From the NCBI GenBank assembly GCA_964036045.1, contig OZ038378.1, positions 23,064,001 through 23,128,000 of the forward strand: DNA of 64,000 bases, given 5' to 3'. Each line of letters starts with the position of its first letter. The first letter of the stretch is position 1. Origin of the DNA: Eutreptiella sp. 'Long Island Sound 2002'. Its lineage: Eukaryota; Protista; Euglenida. This document shows positions 47,601 through 59,706 of this stretch, piece after piece. Below the pieces are notes generated by a model. The model worked only from the letters and a program-made list of their open reading frames with translations. It was not told where the DNA came from and ran no database searches. The translations under genes were made by a program, and so were the position numbers.

Positions 47601-50600
47601 ACCACTCCAAACCTCTAGATCCGAGGGTTGCGGTCCCGCGTTGCATTGGTTGCATGAGGGACCTCTTGACATGCATCGGCCATCACCATCACCATCGCCA
47701 TCGCTGGATGCTGATGGCTGAATGGCACCATGAAAAACCACACGACCTCTGGTGCCAAAGGCGCCGACAAATTTTTTGAGCATTGAAAATGGTCAATCTT
47801 TTTTAAGCAAATACATATCAAATGATGATTTTTCTGAACCCCCTAAACCGCGGGGGGACCGACTCCACGGGTCCTAGGACGCAGACTCCCCCCGCCCCCC
47901 GAGGGGCCTCCGGCCAACAGTTAGTTGCCAAAGGTGCCGGCCTGAGGGCCGAAGGCACCCGACGCTCCGGGAAATTTTTGTCCACTTTGCACCCTGACAC
48001 TATTCTTAAACCCTCACACCCACTCCAACCTTAAGCCAAATCCTAACCCTAGCCCTAACCCTAACGCTATGGTTAGAGTTGGTGTTGGGGTCCAAAATGG
48101 AGAGCAATGATGTCGCAAAAAGCAGCCATGAACAAAATTTGGAAGATCTTGTTCAGTCTACCCAACATGGCTGGCATGCCTGAACCAGCTCGCTGCCAAG
48201 GTCAAGGTTAGGTTTAGGGTGATGGTCTGGTTAGAGGGAGGTAAGTAGAGGGAGGTAAGGGGAGCCTGTGATTTACCTGCCCCCCCCCCCCCAGTCCCCC
48301 CAAATCGCCCCACCTGGACCCCCCCCGCTTGGCCCCTCCAGACCCCCCCCCCCCAATCGCCCCTCCTGGACCCACCCTATCGCCCCTTCTGGACCCCCCC
48401 TTACCAGCCCCCCCCCCCCCTCTCCCCGGTTTGCATTTGTCTGTTTTTTTAATTAGGTCACCCCCCCCCCCCTCCCTGGGGGGGCCTTTGGTCAACAGTT
48501 ATTGGGGGGCTAAATCCGCGTCCAAACCCGAGGGGTCCCCGCCCCCGTCCTCTACCCGCGGATTCCAAAATCCCATTTTCATTTCTTGACGAATTTTGGG
48601 TCCGGGTCACCTCCAGGCCCAGGGGTCAGGGGTCACAGTCGGTAGGATTTTGGCGGGCCTGTCCATTGAGCCCTTTTTGGGGAGGGGGGGGCTCCAGCCA
48701 GAGGGCTGTATCAACCCCCCCCCCCCCCCCGTGCAAACAAAAGCCTGCCCACCCAAGGCATGTAGGTGGCCACTCCCTGGGCGTCACGGAGGGACATGGT
48801 GGGTGTAACGCATAAGCAAAGCCCCTCCTCCTCCTCCTCCGCCACCCCATGCCAAGCCAAGCTCCTGGGCAACACCGGGGTTGTAAAAACCATCTGCTTT
48901 TCTCTGGCCATGCCTCCCTGCAGGAGTGCTGTGACAAGTGTCTGCTCCTGATGCCATGACCCCTTCTGCGTGGCACTTGCTCCATCATACCCCCGTCTGT
49001 GCGTCGCCGCACACGTACTGCGCGTGTGTGTATTGTGGCGTGCACGACCCCTGACCGTCCGCAAATTCACCACATGCCCGCTTTTTTGTAGCCGGGAGTA
49101 CCTCCTTCGGCGAGTCCAGCGACTGCAAGATGATGTAAATAAGGCGCAGAACGAGCCTATCCAACAAAAGGTCCCTGTGCTGTGGAGAATCCTTGTGCCC
49201 CCTGTGTATCAGGCGCTCCTCGTTTCAGAATGGTAGGCCCATTCCCTCCTGCTCCTCATGACTGACGATTGGTTGCCCTTTCGATTCGGCAAGCAGAATA
49301 TTGGTTGCCCGAGGAGGCACTGATGTCATGCTGTGTAGAGCTATTGTAGAACCTTGTTGGTGTTCCAGGTGATATACTGCCCGGGGCTGCCAGGTGAAAT
49401 TTTGCCTGGAACTTTCAGCTGGAAGTTGCCGCTGAAATGTCAGCCCTGGAAGCGAGGGGATCCATGAATGGAGAATTCAACGACCTTGTGCCATTGATTC
49501 AACAATTTGTGCCGAACATGTACTAGAATGAGGGCACCCAGGGACCGTCTTCCAGTGGTCGCCCCAGAGGCTGCATCCGTCATGCTACTGTCCCAACTGC
49601 TGTTTTGGAGGCGAAGGCTCAACACCTACACAGCATTGGGACAGATGCAACAACAGAGAAATGGAAAAGAAATCCTTTTAACGATGAGCGTCGCTGCACG
49701 CTGATATCAGTGCACGCATACTGGGAATCAAATCACACATGCCGTGTTCCGCTTGTCGGTGCTTGGGCTGTGCAGACCAGGGGATTCAGGAATGAGGGCC
49801 TCAGGTTTTAGTCAGTAACACTGTAGGATGGGGGTTCAGCGCCGAAGGTTGGCAGTCCAAATTTGACGGACGGTCATCGATTACCAAAAGGCTCGGTGGG
49901 CAGCTTTGGCATGCCCGTAGTGTGGGGACGGTGTGGCTGCTTCTTTGAATATTTCCCAAAGAACACAAACTGATCCACACTCACCCTTTGTCATGTTGTG
50001 GATTGATGGGTGGGTGGGTGGGTAGCGCAGGTGCTCCATCTTCTTTTTGTGGTGCAGAGCAAGGATGAACGGCTGACAACCACAGGAGGAGCCCCCCCCC
50101 CCCCCCCGGCCAAAGTGACCATAGTGGGAAAAAGCGAAAGTTACCAGTGGGAAAATCTTGTCGGGCCATTTTTGGTACACAAGCTGTTGGGTCCCAGGCC
50201 CCACCCAACCCCCTTCCTCTCTTCTAATACATCAGAGTTACGTCAGTGCAGAGTTATTCTGTGAGATCCACTGATGCCCTGGCAAGTGTGCGGCCAAATT
50301 GCCGATTGTTCATCTTTGGTTGGGCCCTTATGGTTATCCAAAATCGCTTTCTTGAATGAGCTACACTGTATTGCATTCTGCAAAGCACCTGTGTGTGTAT
50401 GACGATGGCTAGAAAATGTTTGCAGTGATAGGTCTGTGGCTCTTTGGGAAGTCAGACTCTGTTGAGTGCTTCAATAGCTGCCCCCAAAACAAAACCCCTG
50501 CCATTGTAGTAGAGGTAGAATATGGACAATGAGGATGTGTAGAATATTGTGCAGTGTGCGATGAACACCGAGTGTATTGGGCTTTCAAGATCAGTGTCAC

Positions 50601-51776
50601 TGCTAGTTGTCTATAAAATGGTGCTCGATTGATTTGACAACTCATCATATCGCTGTCATAAGATGCATCATCCTGATGCATTACGTTGCATTCGGTATTC
50701 CTCTTTGTTGTTTGGGATCTATTTCCCTCATTGCATTATTCATGTTTTGCTTTACAAGCGTGATATTTGGTATTTTCTCCTTGGCAAGCCGCTCAATTTT
50801 GGAGTACAAAGAGGATGAGACATTCATTAGTGCCCATGGTTGCACAAGGCATTTGTATTATTGGTGCATGCAAGCAAACAATAGCAAGCACCTGCATGTC
50901 TTTCCCACAGGCCCTCATCGGGAGACTATTTGGCAATCACCAAACACAAGCCAACAGTGGTACACCACCGCGTCTCCCTACAAGCTCCTGTCAGAGCAAG
51001 ACTGCATTGCGAGCAGCCCATGGGCTGTGTAGCTCAGCATCAACAGCCAGCAAGCCAGAGGTCTTCCCCCATGAGAATGCCAAAACCCCCATGAGAATGG
51101 ATCAAGTGCGGATCACTGGAAAAAGATGCATCAAGCGGCCCATGTTTCACCCTGCCCCCACCCCGCCCTTGTAAGCCCCCCCCCCCCCCCAAACAAATCC
51201 AGTGGGGCGGCCGCCTCGACTTTGCCCGGACACAGGCCAGGCAACTCCATCCCAGCACTGGCACATGCAGCACTGGTAGCTGCAGCACTCGCACATGCAG
51301 GGCCTTCCTAGGCTTGCCACTAGCATCCGGTGGGTCAGACATGATCAGGGGGAGCTGGGTCTGACTGAGGTTTAGGTTCGCCAGCAGCAGACATTACTGT
51401 AGGGCATGTGGCACAGGGCTGATTCCTGACGGGATGCAGTTCCCCTTCCGGTCCTCTCCAGCCCAGCGTTGGGGCACGGGCTGTCCGAGTGAAAGGGTTT
51501 CGGTTCTCTCGCTCGCCGCCGCTGCAGATCATCAGCAAACTCGAGGATGAATGCCAGGAATTGGATGCGTCGTTCCATGAGTTGGAGCGGAAGCACCTGT
51601 TGACGCTGCAGGAGGCGGCTGACCTGAAGCGCGAATTGGACATGCTGAGGGAGGCCGAGCAACAGAGCTACGCTGACAGACAAGACCCTGACACGTATTC
51701 GTTGTCCAACGCGATGTCATTCTCTTTCAGTCCGGCATCTCCGGCATCAACATCTCGTGATCTATCCAGCGCCTGA
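41619..51776 (+). CDS. Coiled-coil protein with a TSNAXIP1-N-like domain. Exons 41619-41984, 43935-44039, 44174-44337, 47201-47404, 49092-49170, 51528-51776.
   Basis: All junctions are GT-AG with matching phases (0, 0, 2, 2, 0). YTKPQLLCDMEAFL...LNVYRQL..QF..AFPSCKPLLDAI..EF resembles the translin-associated factor X-interacting N-terminal domain, followed by coiled coil. The 3' end could continue via a donor near 51695. Confidence 0.75.
42171..42659. mobile_element. hAT-type MITE in intron 1 (23-bp TIR, 8-bp TSD)
   Basis: TIR catacctgaagct(g/a)acacctgcc. TSD ggcgcagt at 42163-42170 and 42660-42667. (GACACCTGCC)n 10-bp subterminal repeats. Confidence 0.92.
44700..45207. mobile_element. MITE-like element with long imperfect TIRs (ggttttc..G-run-gtc(a/g)atagagcc..gggctcaattgac); solo ends at about 48655-48750 and 62525-62610
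   Basis: An inverted pair at 44700-44790 and 45130-45207. The same terminus recurs at two other loci. Confidence 0.75.
45498..46192 (+). mobile_element. TIR element with inverted (GGGGGAAAAT)n subterminal repeats, a degenerate 8-bp TSD and a small frameshifted ORF (45789-46036)
   Basis: TIRs gctccaagtaggaaaaatggggg / cccccatttttcctttcggagc. Flanks ggaaaatt and gggaagtt match at 6 of 8 positions. Confidence 0.65.
48030..48240. repeat. Degenerate telomere-like repeats: CCCTAA-type on the left, TTAGGG-type on the right
   Basis: cctaaccctagccctaaccctaac at about 48045 and ggttaggtttagggt at about 48208. Confidence 0.5.
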
Positions 51777-51894
51777 CCTCTGACCAGGGCCAGAGATCCT
51801 TCCCATCCGACAAACCTTTGTAACAATAACCAGAAGTGAAAGCTTTGCACCGCCAACATCGCCCACGGTGCACGGAGGGGGGCGGTGTTATCAT

Positions 51895-52830
51895 GAGAGT
51901 TTGTGGGAAAACGGTACTAAGTCTTTGTAAAAAGATTTTACAAACATTTTCCATCGGCCAAAAAAAAAACAATGTTTGCGGTCACGTGTAATATGAAGCG
52001 TGGAATGGCAAAGCATAAGTTCTGGGAGGGGCGATCACACCCCTCAATGAAATACTTTGTTTTCATACAATGGGATGGGCGATTACACCCCTCAAGGAAG
52101 TAGTTGGTTGTGAATCACTTCATATGGTCATCCTTCAGATGGTACATCCCTTTTTTAGGTTTTTGCACATGACACGTTTGTCTGGGAAAGCAATGCTAAA
52201 TGACACCCGATGGATGTTGGTGGGCAAGGGGGGGGGGGCGCAAAGAAGTCATTTGGGACCATGCATCATGTTCGTGACCAGTAAAAGTTGCATGCACTGC
52301 TGGTAGACTCGGCACATGCAGAAGGATATTATGCAATGGGTTGATATGAGATGAACGTTGGTGGGATAATCGGCCCCCGTTGGCAAATGGTACAATTGAT
52401 CCAGGGACAGTAGACACGTAGCACTGGGCATTTTCGGCGTTGCAAACTTTTGGCATTCTGCAGCAAAAGTGGAATTTTTTTGGGGGGGGCAACCGTGCAA
52501 GTTTGTGGGAAAACGATACTAAAGATTAATTCAACAATCTTTGTAAAAAGATTTTTCCACCAGCCAAAAAAGGGTGGAATGGCATTCTGGGAGGGGCGAT
52601 CACACCCCACTATGACGAAGTTTGTTGTCATAGAATGGGATGGGCAATCACACCCCTCAACGAAGTATTTTGTTGTGAGTCCGTTTATATGGTCATCGGT
52701 TCTATGGTACATCCCTTTTTTTTGGTTGTTCCACAATGCACGTTTAACCGCGAAAGCAATGCTAAAATTGGTTGACACCCAATGGATGTTGGTCGGCAAA
52801 GGGGGGCACAAAGAAGTCATTACAATCTTT
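51895..52830 (+). repeat. Diverged tandem duplication of an approx. 350-bp segment (offset about 600 bp)
   Basis: ttctgggaggggcgatcacacccc...tgggatgggc.at.acacccctcaa...ggcacaaagaagtcatt occurs twice. Confidence 0.8.
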
Positions 52831-54759
52831 GAAGCAAAGTGGTTGACAAGATTGCCATTTTTCACCCGTTGCGACTGAAAACTGCCTGGGTAGTTTTTGC
52901 ACCAGCCCTTACTCATGGACCATGGGCCCCTGGCCCCGATCCCACCCCACCAGGTGGCCATGGGGTGAGAAACACATAAGGAGAGGGCAAAACCACCCAC
53001 CATAGTCAAAAACCACTTGTGAAGCATCAATACACTCTCTTTGTGTGTTTTTTTGGCAATAGGAAGGGGCTTGCATTCTCACCTCTTGCACCCCCCCCCC
53101 CCAAGATATGAACAAAGGTAGCCCGCTTGCAATGTGCACAGTGCAAAATGGAATAGATTTTTGGCTCTTTATGCCAACCAATTTTGAAGGCAATGCTTCA
53201 TGAAAAGGGGCACACACGACCCCCTTCTTGGACTTGCCTTGATGCACTGATGGCAAAAATGTTATTTTTAAGTTTGGGTACCGCTGTCGACGTGTGTGTG
53301 GGGGTGGGCGGAAATGGTGTAGATGCGGGAGCCCTATGCCTGACCGGGGGTGTGTAAGATAGCCTTCCCCGCCCGCTTTTGTGGGGACACTGGGCACAGT
53401 AGCAAAGCAAGCCCCGCCCCAGAGGACAGTCTTTCCCTGCATCTCAACCACAACCCGGAGGGCACTGCATCACGCAGCTCTCCCCTGTGACGAGGAGTCT
53501 CTCAGCCTCCAAATGGCCCAACTCACCAGGATGTGATGTCCAAATGCCGCCAGTTGACGCACCGCCACCGTCAGTTCACCTCCATGCAGATCGACCATTG
53601 AGCATGTTTTCAGTGGCTGATTTTGTTTTGCCTTTCCCCCAGAGGCTACACAGCCATGACCATGACCTGCGTATTGGCCCATGCCTTGATCAACATAGCC
53701 ACCGCTGATGAGTGCAGAGGGCCATGCAGCTGTTGCCAGCAAGTCTCGTCCATGGTGTGGACTCAGGCTGCGATTGGTGAAACAGAGGTTGGATCCAGAT
53801 CATCTCTGATCATTCTACCATGGGGGTTGAGCGCACACGGCCGGCGTTTCCCTGCACGTGCTGCGCTTTGTGTATTGTTCTCACATATCTCTCGGCTTCA
53901 TTCAGAATGTGCCAACGCGGAGGGTTTTGACACTTTTTGGGAAGTTTTGCAAGTTTCGCTGCAGGTGCGGAAGTAAGGACACCGCACCCTATTTTGAGGG
54001 TGGGGAACTCAAACAAACATGTTTTGGCAGGTATTTAGATGAGTTGGGGTGGGTTTTGGGGCCTGTTAAGGGGTTGGAAGGGGTAAAAATAGGGCATGAC
54101 ATCATCCTGCGCAGATTGCTGAAAATAGGCATCTTCGGGACAAAATTGGTGATGTGAGCTGTTATTCACCCCTAAAAGTAACTGTGAATGATGAAAATGA
54201 GCAAAAGGAAGGGGCTGTTTCAAAATTCCATGGTATGGGGGGCTACAGGGTAGGGATGGGGTATTTTTAGGGGTACAGTGGCTATTTTTAGCACTCTAGG
54301 TAGGATCCTATCAACAGTGATGTCCTACCCCATTTTTTCATAATTTTGCCCTCGACAGCTCTCCCACTCCCAACCTTCTTCGAAACATACTTTTTGAACC
54401 CCCCACCCCCAAAATAGGTGTGTGGGGCCTGCCCAAACCGGGGGTAGGGGTGTAGGGGGGCATGAATTGTCTATTGCCGCAGCAAGCAACGCAGGCACCG
54501 TCCAAAATGAACGAAACTCTCAAACATCTCGTTAGTACAATATGAAGGGGTTCTGAATATACCCCACATACCCCCACCTACTGGACACTCAGTGGACACC
54601 AATGGGGCAACAATGGCACCGACCCCTGAAAACCCTCCGTGTTGGCACAATTCCCGGCGATGCCGAGGGATATGCAGCACTAGGTCATCCAGGAGGTAGA
54701 GGGGAGGGTACGGGGGGTTAGATTTGGATTTGGATTTGGGTTTGGAGGCTGATGTTGAG

Positions 54760-54930
54760 GCACACACAATGCCCGCGGGAAGCACAATGGCCATTGTGCA
54801 TCTGCTCACTGGCGCCATTTGAGGCGGGGCAGGACCTGTGCACTTGTATACTACTGCCTGATTACTCTTCACACCGCACACAACACACTGAGCACTCTGC
54901 CAACTGCACTTTTCCTCTGGTTTCATGCAC
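54760..54930 (-). pseudogene. Possible decayed PHD-like finger
   Basis: QCVVCG..VYKC..(frameshift)..HNGHC; cysteine/histidine spacing is only partly conserved. Confidence 0.25.
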
Positions 54931-57900
54931 AACAACAAACTCAAAATTGCACCAACCAACTAGTGCTTGCTGTTGGCCATCTCATTGAGTGCACCGTGCG
55001 GCATTTGCCTCCAAATGTCTGCTTAGCAAAAACCTCTGACCTTTAACCTTGTAAACCATCTTTTTGCTTACAAGCTGCGCCACTCTGCAGCATTTCTTCG
55101 CATGTGCCTTTGTCCTTTGAGGCTCAGGCTAACAGTTTCACCTCCAACTTTGACTGCACGAGCAGTTTCATTTATCCCAGAGTACTGCCCTCGCTGCTCC
55201 TGTGCCTGGCTTCATCATAACCTCTGTATTTTAAAGCCGCAAGCAACCCCTGCTTGGGACGACGAGGGGTTGTTTTCTGACTGCGATGGGCACAATGCTG
55301 AGACAAAGTACTTCATTGCCCCCCGATTGTCATGATGGCAGCAATGTGAAAGGCTGTCTCCGTAGTATGGCCCTTTCAGTGATACCTTGCCTTTGGCTTT
55401 CCACTTGATACTTCTGTGTTGTTTTGAATACTCTGTTATGAACTCATCTGCTCTCGAAAAGTTTCAGCAGTTGGAGTGTGATACAGGGGTTTCAATAAGA
55501 ATCGCGTCATTTGGGAGTTGGGGGTGGGGGTGGGGGAGTGGCTACCTGTGACAATGTCACCGTTGGATGTCACACTTGGCTTTTTGAGGCTGATGGTGAC
55601 AGTGCCTAGTGGCATTGATAGTGATCATGACTGTCACTGTATGTTCCTGTGTTATTGTTTTTGTCATTTAACTGCTTCCGCTGCCTGTTGTTTCTGCTGT
55701 TTTTCTGTCCTGCATTTCCTTTTTGAGGTGGTTGCTAGTCTGTGGGCTGCCGAGCCCAGACGCCGTGTGTAACACATGGAATGGAAACCAAGAGCCAAGG
55801 TATCCAAAGAAACAGGGCCCATGCTGAATGATGATGGACAGGACACAGATTGGAGTTCTTTGATTGATGAATCTGGTTTTCAGTCACAGGGTACAAGTAG
55901 TTCAGATTCCCTGTCTTCCATCTCAAGCAGCGATGACAGTTCCAGCGACAGTTCCAGCGACACTGACAGTTCTGACAATAGTGCCTGATCAACCTGCCGT
56001 ACAGGGGTTCAAGTTGTGCCCTGCCCTCCCCTGCCCTGGACCTGGACCTGCGACATGTGATATGTGAGGGGGGGGGCTGGCAAGAGGGATCACCCCTCCC
56101 CCCCCCTATTGAGAACCCTGGTGTGATAACCTCTCATGGTAGCGTTGTTCCATGGCATCATGAGCAAATCTGAACATGTGAATGCATTTGTTCTACTTCT
56201 CTCTGACATCGATGGTGGCCCTTGTTTCCTGGAGTGTCAGCCCTTCCTTGAGCCCTGCAGCACATAATTTGAACGTCGTTTGGACCAGTTCGTTAAGGAC
56301 AGGTCAGGATGTCTTCCCTTGTTTACTACAGGTCAGCCTATTACTGTCACTTTTTCTAGCTATCACCAGCAGCCACATCTGAATCTGCCACATCCGCATT
56401 CCATTCATCCCATTCATCGTGTGGAGCTGATGACCCCCTGCCCAAGCTACCCTTGGAGCAGTCGAGTATTGTCTTCAACCCCAACTCTGACCATAAATTG
56501 TGCACTGGCCTGCTTGTCAGTCCATTCATTACATCTGACGGCCCCCAGTGGATACAAAGGATGTCACTCACCAACCCCACAACTCTGCCCACAGGTTGAC
56601 ATATGCCAACCGTCCCCACAGGCTACCCAACCTTGCTGCTGCCACCTCGTGCACTTACCAGACACTCTTGCACAAACCAACTCTGAATCTGTCGCGCAAT
56701 GTAATTTGATGCCTGGCCGTTTGCTGACTAACACCCGCAAAGCACCCATGCAGCTCTGTCCTAGTTGTGGTCTGTGGTTGCCTTGCGGGCACCATTTCAG
56801 CAGCATTATGCTTCCTGCAGTAGGGAGGGCAGGGGAGGCAGTCGCAGTCACGCTGGCATCCAAGGGGTTGGAGGGGGGGTGTCCTGGATGCCCGCTAGGC
56901 CAAGTGGGCAGACCTGCAATTCAGTGACATGGGACAATTTGCCCCACAACAGCCGCCTTCACCATGCCCCAAGGTGGATGCTATTATGGCCATTTGCTTG
57001 TCCAACGCACTTCTGAGCCCCCCAGTGTGGGCTTTTGTTCAGTATGTGTGGACGGCGAAGTGTGCCCATATAATTCACATACAAAGCTTTAACAGTGGGT
57101 GCACATATACAGCCGTACTGCCTACATTGCCCACTTTGGAAAAGCTGGCCGCCCTGATTCGGATTCATTTTGGCTGGCTATACATTGTTGTATGGGTGCA
57201 AACTGTGATTTCAATGCCTTGGAGCAATCACCCAAGCTATTGCCTTGTCAACAAATGCACAGGTGTCAAATGTATGTGTTTATCATGGCTCCTTCTATTG
57301 TGTGTCCCTGTGACCATGCAGCACACCACTGATGAGCGTAAGGTAAATCCAAATTATTCCAAGCTTGGGGTACACTGCATGCACAGAAAGCGCTGTCAAC
57401 CCCCAAACCAGAGGCGCAAAAAAGACACAGAGGGAGGGGGCGGGCGGGGGGGGGGGGTTTCGGGGATTACTCGCTGAGGGAAATTTTTTGGGGGTTTCGC
57501 CGCCCTTCGGAACCCCCAACCTCTAACATCGACTAGAGGCCAAATAGTTGTGCTATGCACGCATTGTGCTCAAGGTGGCCCCACAGTCCAAAGGGGTGCT
57601 ACAAGGCGCGCCACAGACGCTGCGATAGTCTTGCTGGCTTTCCACAAACTTGCATGTGGCATGAGATCACTGTTTGGGCCTAACTGAGCAAAAGAGCGTC
57701 AAGCCTTGGCACCAAATGCAATGGCCATGCAAACAACAGAAGAAAGTCCATCCCAAACTCAAACCAAGCTCCCCAACTTGGAAGCTGCACTTGGGCTTGG
57801 GGGTTGAAAGGAGATGGCGATTTGGACAGAAATACACACATTCAAGATGGTTGCATTTTTGCTCAAGGCCTCCTTATATAGTGGCCAAGAGTGGTTGCAA

Positions 57901-58029
57901 AACTACTGAAGGCTTGCTATTGTGGGGCTAGACCGCTGCTATATCATGGTCTCCTATTCCAGAGAGGAGTGAGATAGATCCATAACCCCCTGTATCAAGG
58001 TTCTACCACAGCAGAAAGGAGTGAGGTAT

Positions 58030-58785
58030 CCCCCCCCTGTATAAGCTACGCCCTTGTCCAAGCTACAGTAGGCGTAGGGACCGTATTAATTTTATTAATT
58101 TGGTACCTAATTTTAATTTGGTACCAAACGTAGTGCAACCACATACAACATGGGCTTGACGAATTTGCCAGTCACATAGAGTCATGGACACGTTTGTTGT
58201 GAGTGTTTAACCACTTGAACCCACCCCATTTCTGAGCCCGCTTCTTCAAGTGATGATTCTAGTGACTCCAATGATGCACCCACTGAATTTGTTTGGGCTA
58301 AGGCTGCCCGAGGTGTGTGGGGAATGGCCCATGTCTTTGATGGGAAGTTGTATTTTACAAGTGACCACATGCAAGGCAATTTTATTCCCAAGAACTTGAA
58401 GTTGCCTCAGCCCAAATCTGCCCCTAAACCTCAGGCAAAGGCATCTCCAAAGGCATCTTCAAGTGGTGAGCATGTGCAGTTGTTCCGCATGGTGTATGAT
58501 CGCAAGAAGGGTTTCTAAGCCGAATATTTGTCGGCTTCTCATGCTTCATTGCTTGTGAGAACATGGGTGTGAACCTGAATTTCCATGTTTCAAACACTTT
58601 CTTGTGTTTGCATGCCTTTGGGAACATGGGTGGAGGTTGAGGTGCACTCATACTATGCGCTCACTTACGTGTGTGTCGGTAGTTGCATGTGTTGCGCGCA
58701 AGCTACGCCCGCGTCCAAGCTAAAGTAGGCGTAGTGACCGTATTAATTTGGGACTTTGGCGTAGCTTATACAAGGGGGGGGGGGG
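58030..58785 (+). mobile_element. TIR element (C-run-TGTATAAGCTACGCC) carrying a short ORF of an unassigned domain (about 58219-58518)
   Basis: ccccccctgtataagctacgcc at 58031 and ggcgtagcttatacaagggggg ending at 58785. A direct-repeated hairpin ctacgcc..ggcgtag sits at both ends. The ORF reads EFVWAKAARGVWGMAHVFDGKLYFTSD followed by a K/P/A tail. Confidence 0.75.
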
Positions 58786-59234
58786 TACACTTGCCGTATT
58801 GGCGTCTCCCAACGGGGAGGAGTGGGTGGGATTGGGCTTGGTTTTTTTTTTATTTTTACTCCAATCTTCTCATCATGAAGCGTGGGGTGGTTGCAAAGTA
58901 ACCCAAAATTTGCTGTATTGGCGCTTGAGAAGGTTGCTCGAAGCTTCCTATGGTGGGGCCTTACCCCCCTCCCCATTGCATAGTAATCGCCAGCACACAA
59001 CAGTATCCTCGCACCCCCGCACCCCTCAGGGAACATACCCCAAGTGACAGTTCTCTCGCCCGCCCTATGACTATGCAAAGGACCTGCGACGCAAAACAAG
59101 ACACGTAGATACAGGGTATATGGACCACAAAATGAGCCAAAAACTGCCTATTGGGATACATGTTCAGCTTTACTGAGAAATAGGCTCTGTGTGCCACCTT
59201 TTCTGGCAGAAGACCCCGAAGATTGCACATGCTA

Positions 59235-59572
59235 AACAGGGGCCATAGGAATGGGCTCTCTAGTTGCAGGGTGGGCTGGGTGGGCTGCAGGTTTGGCTGC
59301 CACCTGGGCAGCAGGTTTGGCTGCACTCTTGGCTGAGGGTTTGGCACGAGGTTTGGCAGCATTGGGAGCAGGCTTGGCAGAGGGCTTAGTAGGGGGCTCC
59401 GGCCCTGTTGCAAGCGGTTTGCCTCGGGAACATCGTGCGTGAAGTACAATTTTCCATTGGCAAAAACATTTGTCAATCCCCATACACCACGTGCATTCTT
59501 TGCCCACACAATCTCAAAGTCTGATGCACTGTCCCATTTCCTAGCCAAAGCCACGGACATTTTCTTGGTCAC
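59235..59572 (-). pseudogene. Second, diverged paralogue of the VWAK..RGVWG..GKLYF domain with a frameshifted (AKP)-rich tail
   Basis: EIVWAKNARGVWGLTNVFANGKLYFTHD, then KPSAKPAPNAAKPRAKPSAKSAAKPAA in the adjacent frame. Confidence 0.65.
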
Positions 59573-59706
59573 GATGACCCGCTTGTTCCTTCATGCTACA
59601 ATCCATGCACAAAACTTACGCTGCATCTCGTGGTACCTTGTCTTTCTACCTAATTCCATGACTGAAATCACGAAAAGCTGAAGTGTTCTAGATCATATAG
59701 GGTACA

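Noticed and set aside
16501-51776. Non-conventional euglenid introns
   Set aside because: Every intron resolved in the assembled genes has GT-AG borders with consistent phase.
53527-53616. Smr-domain or DUF4504 assignment for the VDLHG exon candidate
   Set aside because: Both are short ambiguous matches and the exon's 5' boundary is unresolved.
56356-56619. SGNH-esterase-like LINE ORF1 motif (ILCIHWGPSDV)
   Set aside because: The match is too weak and there is no associated RT or endonuclease.
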